Assembly (NCBI GenBank): GCA_039630545.1 | Contig: JBCNUU010000008.1 | Location: 1 to 41,495 of the forward strand | Direction of reading: 5' to 3' | From: Endomicrobiia bacterium | Lineage (GTDB): Bacteria; Elusimicrobiota; Endomicrobiia; DTEH01 | Length of the DNA: 41,495 nt | Shown: positions 1-6,991 of the stretch, one piece after another | Layout: each line of letters opens with the position of its first letter | How positions within the stretch are numbered: position 1 is the stretch's first letter | The notes under the pieces: generated by a model | What the model was told of the DNA's origin: nothing | Databases searched by the model: none | The model's input: the letters and a program-made list of their open reading frames with translations, nothing else | Program-made: the position numbers and the translations under genes

Positions 1-2
1 GG

Positions 3-2918
3 GGTTACAACTGGGGTAATTTTGAAGATATCAAAGATATGAAAATAGGTTATGGAAGGAATGACTTTAAGAACCGCATTTACGTATTAAGTAGCGTTGA
101 TAAATCTATATATGAGATAACCTATACTGGTCAGTGGGAAATAGTTATATTCGGAAGTGAGCCTTTTTTTCATAAAGCCCTGACAATAGGCACGGGAAGG
201 AATGATGAAATATGGAGAGTCTATACGGCAAATAGCGATGGCTATATGTATGAATATCAATTTAGCGGGACTGTTTTCCAGAAAAAAGGAAATTATTACT
301 CTGGTATGGCATCCATGCTAAATTGTATTACTATTGGTGACGCACGAAATTATGGACTAAATTGTGTTTATTCTGGGAATTCAGCAGGCAGACTTTACGA
401 ATTTCGCTGGACCGGTTCTACATGGACAGTATCTGAGATTTATAGTTTTTCATCTTCAATCAACGATGTTGTAATTGGTGATGGTAGAAATGATGGAAAA
501 AACAGAATCTACATCGCTTGTGGAAATAATAAAGTCTATGAACTAGAGTATTATTGGCCTAAACCAAGCGATTTTACAGGAGTTGCATTAAGCACATATT
601 CAATAATGTGGTCATGGAAAGATAACGCTACAGATGAAGCAGGTTATCAAGTTAGGGACCAGAATGGTTTGAACCTATCTGGTAATCTACAACCTAACAC
701 GACTTATTGGATTGAAAAAAATCTTACCGCAAATAGTAGATATACACGCTATGCTTACGGATGGACAAATGCTGGAGATTTCGGAGATTCAAATTTATTT
801 TCAAGATTTACCTTAGCTAATATTCCAGATAATCTTACAGGTTTTCCACGGGGAAGTACATCTGTTGGTTTATCCTGGAGTGGAGATGGAAGTAGGTATG
901 CCATACAGAGAGCAAATGATTTAAATGGAGGACCTTCCGGGTGGGAAGATATAGTAAGTTGGGAAGATAACTTAAATGTTTCTAATTACACTGACACAGG
1001 ACTTTTACCTGAGACCACTTATTGGTACAGGGTGTTGGCGTATAATGGTGATGGTATACTAAGTGAAGCATCTAAAGAGATAGCCTTGAGAACGCGGCCT
1101 TTACCTGTTAGGAATTTAGTTGGCATAGCGATTTCTACATATTCTATAAAATGGCAATGGGAAGATATGTCAAAGGTTGAGTATGGTTACAGGGTGTATA
1201 GTTCTACAGGTGGTATTTTAGTTGAACTTTCTCCAGATACGACATATTGGGTACAGAGTGGTTTATCAGCTAATAGGCGATATGGAGTGTATGTGGTGGC
1301 GTATGATTATACTGGTGAGAGCGATATTGTTTTTGCTTATCGGTATACTTTAGCTAATATTCCTTTTAATTTGGCATTTTCTAGTGCGACTGAGAATACG
1401 ATTACTTTTTCTTGGGTAGGTGATGGCAGCAGATATGCGATAGAACGTGCGATAGATGTTGGTGGAACACCAGGTAATTGGATAAGGATAGTAAGTTGGG
1501 AAGATAATTTTGTTGATGTGAGTTATACCGATGTAAATTTATTACCTAGTACAACCTATTGGTATAGAATTAGGGCTTACAATGCTGAAATGATTTTTAC
1601 AGATGCTTCTATAGAAAAACCTTATAAAACAACCCCGATGCCGCCATTAATTGTGTTAGATGATGGTGTTTGGTCGTCTACTACTACCATTAAATTTTAC
1701 TGGCAACTTGGTTCTGGGGACATTGTTAGTTATCATTTGCAAGTTGGTACGATTAGAGATGGAAACGACAAATTTGATGGAGAAATAGGATATGTTTCAA
1801 GCTATACTATTTTAAACTGCAACCACGGGAAAACATATTATGCGAGAGTAAGGGTCAAAGATCATTTCTCCAACTACAGCAATTGGAGTAATTCAAGTGA
1901 TGGAATAACTATAGATATTGTGCCACCACAAACACCATCCATAACATCTTTTTCTCATCCTGAAACGGACTTAGATTACATTAATGACTACGCGGAATTT
2001 GGATTTTTCTCTTTAGATGACTTGTCATTAGTTGAATACTATTATATCTTAAAAACCTCTTATACTGAAATTTTAAAAGGTTCCACTTATTATACTTCTT
2101 TAACTTTTGAAATACCAGAAGATGGAATATACTATTTCTGTATTTTTGCGAAAGATGAAGCGGGAAATATGAGTACTACTGCAGAAAGAAGAATTAAAGT
2201 TTCTCGACGGGTGATACCAACTGTTGAAAATGTAAAGTTACTTTCAAACATAGCTAAAATTATAATACCAGCAGGAGCTATTGCTACAGAAAAATTTATA
2301 TTTGGCAGAAAAATGAATTCTTTTCCTGATTTACCATTTGATAAGAAATTATATATAAAACCCTCTGAATTAGGAGTTAAATTTTACTTTTCTGATAAAG
2401 AAAATGTTTATCTAAACAAGCAGGCAACTCTATATATATACTTTAATGATTTTGAAATAGTGGGTTTGGACAAAAATAAATTAAAACTTTTTTATTTAGA
2501 TGAAAACAATAACTGGAATCTTATAGAAGAATCAGAGATAGTAAGTGGTCCTAAGAACACCTTAATAGCAAAGATTCATTATCTTTCAACTTTTAGAATA
2601 ATGGAATATACTGGTATTGAAGAAGAAATTGAGAATGTAAGTAACTATCCTAATCCATTTGAGTCAGGAGGATATACAAAAATTAGGTACTATCTTTCAA
2701 AAAACACTGATGTTGAAGTTAAAATATACAACATTTTTGGAAAACTAGTTTGGGAAAAGAATGTAAAATCTGGAGAAAAAGGAGGATGTGCTGGTCCTAA
2801 TGAGATTTATTGGTATGGTAAAGACAATAATGATAACTTCGTAGGTACCGGGGTATATATATGTGTCATAAAAACACCTTCCGGAGTAATCAAAAAAAGA
2901 ACAATAGGTGTAAAATAA
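3..2918 (+). CDS. Large secreted/surface protein, 5'-partial: beta-propeller-like IGxGRND repeats, fibronectin type III repeats, C-terminal FlgD-Ig/T9SS-like sorting domain
   Basis: Frame is open from position 3 (GYNWGNFEDIKD precedes the ORF-track M at 39), so the gene starts before the window. Four IG(Y/T/D)(G/A)RN(D/Y) repeats; FN3 motifs (STYSIxWxWxD, YTDxxLLPxTTYWYRxxAYN); C-terminus NYPNPF...VKIYNIFGKLV...WYGKD...GVYI. Confidence 0.85.
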   Translation, partial: GYNWGNFEDIKDMKIGYGRNDFKNRIYVLSSVDKSIYEITYTGQWEIVIFGSEPFFHKALTIGTGRNDEIWRVYTANSDGYMYEYQFSGTVFQKKGNYYSGMASMLNCITIGDARNYGLNCVYSGNSAGRLYEFRWTGSTWTVSEIYSFSSSINDVVIGDGRNDGKNRIYIACGNNKVYELEYYWPKPSDFTGVALSTYSIMWSWKDNATDEAGYQVRDQNGLNLSGNLQPNTTYWIEKNLTANSRYTRYAYGWTNAGDFGDSNLFSRFTLANIPDNLTGFPRGSTSVGLSWSGDGSRYAIQRANDLNGGPSGWEDIVSWEDNLNVSNYTDTGLLPETTYWYRVLAYNGDGILSEASKEIALRTRPLPVRNLVGIAISTYSIKWQWEDMSKVEYGYRVYSSTGGILVELSPDTTYWVQSGLSANRRYGVYVVAYDYTGESDIVFAYRYTLANIPFNLAFSSATENTITFSWVGDGSRYAIERAIDVGGTPGNWIRIVSWEDNFVDVSYTDVNLLPSTTYWYRIRAYNAEMIFTDASIEKPYKTTPMPPLIVLDDGVWSSTTTIKFYWQLGSGDIVSYHLQVGTIRDGNDKFDGEIGYVSSYTILNCNHGKTYYARVRVKDHFSNYSNWSNSSDGITIDIVPPQTPSITSFSHPETDLDYINDYAEFGFFSLDDLSLVEYYYILKTSYTEILKGSTYYTSLTFEIPEDGIYYFCIFAKDEAGNMSTTAERRIKVSRRVIPTVENVKLLSNIAKIIIPAGAIATEKFIFGRKMNSFPDLPFDKKLYIKPSELGVKFYFSDKENVYLNKQATLYIYFNDFEIVGLDKNKLKLFYLDENNNWNLIEESEIVSGPKNTLIAKIHYLSTFRIMEYTGIEEEIENVSNYPNPFESGGYTKIRYYLSKNTDVEVKIYNIFGKLVWEKNVKSGEKGGCAGPNEIYWYGKDNNDNFVGTGVYICVIKTPSGVIKKRTIGVK

Positions 2919-4627
2919 TGAAAAAAAAGATCGTTTGTGTACTAATAATTTCTTACTTTTTGTGTATAAATATAACTTTCTGCATTAGTTCTCACGGAAA
3001 ACCAGGTTATTACCTAGATATATTATCATCTAGAGCACTTTCTCTTACTGCTTCATATATAGCTTTTTGTGATGATTCTGCTACGATATTTTTAAACCCT
3101 GCTGGTCTTACTAACTTTCACCAGAAAGAAATGAGTATGTCTTCAGCTTTTTTATATGAAAATTCATTTTATAGAACTTTACATTTTGCCTTACCCATAA
3201 ATTTTGTTAGATTAAATAGATTCACGATAGGTTTGGGTTGTAACTGGTTAAATTCACCAAAAATAGAAAAAAGAGATGAGAATAATTATCCTGCAGGTTA
3301 TGCGACTGATAATCATTCAGTATTTGTAACAGGTGTTGCGTTTGAAGTTAAACCTAAATTCACTATAGGAAGCTCATTTATATTTGTTCATAGGACCTTC
3401 GACGAAATGAGTTGTTCAGGTTATGGAGCAAATATTGGTAGTATTTGGTCATTATCAGAGGATATAAGTTTTAAAATTGGAATAAAAAACTTATTACCAA
3501 TAAAATTAAAATATAAAACCACAGAAGAAATTTTTCCAATGGAATTAGATATAGGAGCATTATTTTCTTCATTTGATTTTTTATCCATGGGTATTGGACT
3601 CCAGTGGTTGCCTGCCTATCGTAATGGACTTTCATTTGGAATTGGTACAGAGTTTAAGTTAATTTTACCTTTATATAGAGAAAGGAAAAAACAAGGTATA
3701 ATCCTACGTTGTGGTTATGAATCATCAAAGTTTACTCCCGGGTTTAGTATTATTTATAAAGATATTACTTTTGACTATACTGTATCAAATGAGGAACTAT
3801 TAGGTCTAAGTCACATGGGATCGTTTAGTATACGATTTGGTGCTGATAGGTATCAATATTTTGCTAAATCCGTTAGTGAAAAAAAGTATAAACATGCATT
3901 GGAAATCATAGAGAAAGGCAATATCTCAAAAGCTATAAAAATATTAAAAGAAGCCAAAAGAATTGATATTTACAATAAAGAAGTAAATGATTTATTAACT
4001 AAATTGATAAAAGTTAAAAGAGATGAAATTCCTCCTGAAGTTAAAGTGCTAATCCCTTCTGCTAAGACATTTATTGTAAACAAGGATAGTGTTGAAATAA
4101 AATGGCAAGTCGTAGATAATCTGCTTGTTAGTTCTGTAAGTGTTAATCAAATATATGAACCGATGGAACTTAAAGACAGGTTGAGTGGCTTTTGTTCTTT
4201 TCAAAAATGGATAAAGTTACAATCAGGCAAAAATAAAGTAGAAATTGTTGCATATGATATGAATGGAAACAGAACCACAGAAACTTTAGAAGTAGTTTAT
4301 GATGATGCGCCTCCAAAAATTTTACGAGTTTCTCCTGGTACAAATACGACAAAAGCAAAACCATTTGTAGCAAAAAACTTAGAAATAGAAGTAAGATGTT
4401 ATGTTAAAGATGAAATAACAGAGATAGAGTATGTAGAAATTTCAGGAATGAGAGCTGAGAGAAAAACAAAAGATGAATTCGTGGCTCATTTGTATCTATT
4501 GGAGGGGCTGAATGAAATTGAAATAACTGCAAAGGATATAGCAGGAAATATTGCGAGAACTACTATATATATAAGTTTAATCTCGGAAAAAAAATCCACA
4601 TCAATTGATGAAATATTAGAAGAATAA
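2918..4627 (+). CDS. PorV/PorQ-like outer-membrane beta-barrel with C-terminal TPR-like helix and Ig-like domains
   Basis: Start moved to ATG 2918 (TAATG overlap with upstream stop), giving signal peptide MKKKIVCVLIISYFLC. PorV-type N-terminal motif SRALSL..SYIA.CDDSATIFLNPAGL; barrel end DYT...LGLSHMGSFSIRFG; Ig-like repeats G.N.VEI.A.D..GN. Confidence 0.75.
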   Translation: MKKKIVCVLIISYFLCINITFCISSHGKPGYYLDILSSRALSLTASYIAFCDDSATIFLNPAGLTNFHQKEMSMSSAFLYENSFYRTLHFALPINFVRLNRFTIGLGCNWLNSPKIEKRDENNYPAGYATDNHSVFVTGVAFEVKPKFTIGSSFIFVHRTFDEMSCSGYGANIGSIWSLSEDISFKIGIKNLLPIKLKYKTTEEIFPMELDIGALFSSFDFLSMGIGLQWLPAYRNGLSFGIGTEFKLILPLYRERKKQGIILRCGYESSKFTPGFSIIYKDITFDYTVSNEELLGLSHMGSFSIRFGADRYQYFAKSVSEKKYKHALEIIEKGNISKAIKILKEAKRIDIYNKEVNDLLTKLIKVKRDEIPPEVKVLIPSAKTFIVNKDSVEIKWQVVDNLLVSSVSVNQIYEPMELKDRLSGFCSFQKWIKLQSGKNKVEIVAYDMNGNRTTETLEVVYDDAPPKILRVSPGTNTTKAKPFVAKNLEIEVRCYVKDEITEIEYVEISGMRAERKTKDEFVAHLYLLEGLNEIEITAKDIAGNIARTTIYISLISEKKSTSIDEILEE

Positions 4628-4728
4628 GTTTTTTTAGGGGCGGTTGAAGTGTAATTTAGTTTGTATAAATTTTAAAAAATCTTTAAAATGTTCTGCTAAT
4701 TGTGTGGTTCTACTTATATAAATTTTTT

Positions 4729-5516
4729 GGTAATTCGTAATAAAAACAAAACCAAAAATATAGTAAGATATAAATTTTGCATATGCGGATTTAGATATAT
4801 TTTTAAGAACATATGGGAATATTTTAGGATTTCTGGGATAGGGTTAAGAAGAAACTTATAGAATATTTTGTTTTTGGTGTACCAACATATTGTTTGATGT
4901 TTAGGATAAGAGTGTGTAGTAGAACAATTGAAAAATTTTTCACAGCAGTACGAACTTTTTGAGTATTTATTAAGAATGTTGCGAACTATTTACGGGAGAA
5001 ATTGAGTGTGACGAAATAACTTTTGGCAGAAAAAGGCAAGGTAAACGAGGTTGATGTGTGCTGAGTGTAAAATAGTTGTTTTAAGTACTTTGAAACGGAA
5101 TAGTAAAATTAAAGTTTTTCCGATTAAAGGAAGAGGAACAGAAATTATTCAAGAGTTGATAAGAAACAATACTCAACCGGGATTGTTTGTATTATACTCC
5201 TGCCTGTTGGTATTGATATGCCTATACATTTTTGTTTTTGAGAAGTAATCATGTCTGCTTGTTTGGCAGATAGATAGTGATTAGTAAAGAAAAAAGAAAA
5301 CCAAAAGGTAGAAATCACATTAATAGTATTAAAGGGTTCTGGAGTTATGCAAAACACTAACTTAACTAGTATCGCGATGGATTAAATCCCGCACCGCGGG
5401 AGATTTTTGTTTAGGAGAAATTTCTTATTACAGGAACCTAGACATTTTTCCAAGATGATTTACTTACACAAACACCTTTTAACAAAAATTTTAATCCGAA
5501 ATGATTACGAATTACC
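4729..5516 (+). mobile_element. Decayed IS1595-family insertion sequence (transposase pseudogene)
   Basis: Perfect 13-bp terminal inverted repeats GGTAATTCGTAAT (4729-4741) / ATTACGAATTACC (5504-5516). Broken frames encode LIEYFVFGVP, GEIECDEITFGRKRQGKRG*, KIVVLSTLKRNSKIKVFP, PKGRNHINSIKGFWSYAKH*, LGEISY, which match IS1595 DDE transposase motifs, with stops and frameshifts. Confidence 0.85.
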
Positions 5517-5792
5517 AAAGTTTAATAGAAGAGTATGCACCTGTTTGTTTAAAGAACAATTTGCAAGTTGAACAGTTAGTGAGGAAGTACATGCTTGAAA
5601 AATTGTTCCTGATAAGTATGTGGCTGATGTTATTCATATAGCCTATGCAGTATCTTATGATTTAGATGTAATAGTAAGTTGGAATTTGGAACATATAGTT
5701 AAACTATCAACTAAGCTTAAGGTTAATGGAGTTAACAAGAAAGAAGGGTATAAAGAAATAGAATCTGTACACCACAGGAGATAATTTTATGA
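5517..5792 (+). pseudogene. PIN-domain (VapC-like) toxin, 5'-truncated at the IS end and frameshifted twice
   Basis: Fragments SLIEEY...KYMLEK / VPDKYVADVIHIAYAVSYDLDVIVSWNLEHIVKL...NKKEGYKEIE / ICTPQEIIL* resemble the C-terminal half of PIN-domain proteins (D-x-x-H-I-A, SWN.xHI motifs). Confidence 0.75.
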
Positions 5793-5956
5793 AAACAAAA
5801 CGGACGCATCCTATGCGTCAAATACATTTAATCAGAGAAGAGATATATAAAGATAACAAAGGGAAAAGTATCACTGCCCTGATGCGGTACATAAGACAAT
5901 TTGCCAAAAAATTTGAAAAGAAGCCCACCAGTAAACATTTACTCACATCAAAGTAA
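5789..5956 (+). CDS. Small basic protein (55 aa), probable antitoxin/partner of the PIN pseudogene
   Basis: Not in the ORF track. MKTKRTHPMRQIHLIREEIYKDNKGKSITALMRYIRQFAKKFEKKPTSKHLLTSK*; ATGA overlap with the PIN stop; AGGAG at 5776-5780 upstream. Confidence 0.55.
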   Translation: MKTKRTHPMRQIHLIREEIYKDNKGKSITALMRYIRQFAKKFEKKPTSKHLLTSK

Positions 5957-6057
5957 AATTTTTAACCGGTTTGATTTAAGTTTATAAGTTAACAACCGAA
6001 CTTGAAAGTTGCGACTACCAACGATAGTATCGGTAAGAAAGGTGGAGAAGTAGGGAA

Positions 6058-6340
6058 GGTAAATGGTGTAAAAGCAAACCTGAAAATTTGACACTGGTAA
6101 AAAACTGCCGGATGCAAATTGCGGGGATAGGAGGTTAGCCTTGCAAAAACAGATACAAATCTTAAAGGTTTGCACTGCAGATGGTTTGTTGAACAAACAG
6201 GTGTTTCATCGGGACTACCGCGGTTTAGTAGAGATTTCTTTCAGGTTTAACTGCAGACACGAACCTGCCTGATGATATTCAATTTATTGAAGGATACCTC
6301 TTTTTTTAAAAAAATTAGTCTGGTTTCCTTCTCTATTACC
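6058..6340 (+). mobile_element. Second, internally deleted IS1595-family remnant
   Basis: 6216-6260 reads YRG/LVEISFRFNCRHE, matching the IS1595 transposase C-terminus (E-I-x-F-R-F-N-x-R). The segment ends in ...ATTACC (6340) like the first element. Degenerate inverted match AAGCAAACCTGAAAATTT (6072-6089) vs AAATTAGTCTGGTTTCCTT (6312-6330). Left boundary is approximate. Confidence 0.55.
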
Positions 6341-6352
6341 TTATTTTCTGTA

Positions 6353-6382
6353 TTGACAGATATTCTAAAATTTTTATATAAG
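6353..6382 (+). promoter_or_regulatory. sigma70-type promoter of rsmD (predicts leaderless mRNA)
   Basis: TTGACA (6353-6358), 18 bp, TATAAG (6377-6382); ATG at 6389 with no Shine-Dalgarno. Confidence 0.6.
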
Positions 6383-6388
6383 ACAGAT

Positions 6389-6991
6389 ATGATAAAAATA
6401 GTTGCGGGTGAGTATAAAGGCAGGTTGTTGAAAGCGCCAAAAAATATAAGGCCAATCCTTGCACAGATTAAAAAATCTGTGTTTGATATTTTAACACCTT
6501 ACATAGAAGGGAGTGTTTTTTTAGACCTGTATGCGGGAAGTGGAGCTGTGGGGCTTGAGGCGTTGTCAAGGCAGGCGAATTTTTGTGTGTTTGTTGAAAA
6601 AGAAAAAAATTGTCTTAGGGTTTTGTCAGAAAATGTAATTAAGTTGGGCTGTCAAAGTAGTTGTTATATAATAAAAGCGGATATTCTTAAAGAGTTGATA
6701 TGGGTTGAAAAAGCAAAAAGAATTTTGAAAGAAAAATTTAGTAGGGAAGATTTTGATATAATTTTTGTTGGTGCTCCTTATGTAGAAAAAGAAGAAACTA
6801 AAAAATTTTTGTTAAAAAATTTTTCTTTACCTACTATAGATATAATTTTTAACAGCACACTCCTTAACAAAAACGGAATCTTGGTGGTTCAACATCACAA
6901 AAAAGAAAGCATTCAGCAATATAATCACTTTTGTTTCAAGCAAAAAAAATATGGTGATACTTTAGTATCTTTTTTTAAATTTAATTTATGA
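6389..6991 (+). CDS. rsmD: 16S rRNA m2G966 methyltransferase RsmD
   Basis: MIKIVAGEYKGRLL..P..IRP; SAM motif FLDLYAGSGAVGLEALSR; C-terminal KKYGDT. The first 39 codons of the ORF-track call are IS remnant and promoter sequence. Confidence 0.9.
   Translation: MIKIVAGEYKGRLLKAPKNIRPILAQIKKSVFDILTPYIEGSVFLDLYAGSGAVGLEALSRQANFCVFVEKEKNCLRVLSENVIKLGCQSSCYIIKADILKELIWVEKAKRILKEKFSREDFDIIFVGAPYVEKEETKKFLLKNFSLPTIDIIFNSTLLNKNGILVVQHHKKESIQQYNHFCFKQKKYGDTLVSFFKFNL

Noticed and set aside
951..1507. 20-nt direct repeat as CRISPR or DGR template/variable repeat
   Set aside because: Only two in-frame copies 537 nt apart within duplicated FN3 domains; no spacers, cas or reverse transcriptase gene in the window.
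2861..2917. N-terminal extension of the PorV-like ORF
   Set aside because: Overlaps the upstream gene; ATG 2918 gives a clean signal peptide and TAATG coupling.
3608..3630. GCCTGCCTATCG in the PorV-like gene as another micro-insertion
   Set aside because: Only the left half matches and there is no complementary arm; it cannot be distinguished from ordinary coding sequence.
5051..5357. ORF-track ORFs 5051-5248 (+) and 5145-5357 (-) as genes
   Set aside because: They are a fragment and the antisense shadow of the broken IS1595 transposase.
5948..6196. 82-aa minus-strand ORF
   Set aside because: Lies in IS debris, with no recognisable motif or RBS.
6272..6388. 39-aa N-terminal extension of RsmD
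   Set aside because: The sequence is the tail of the second IS remnant plus the promoter; RsmD homology starts at 6389.
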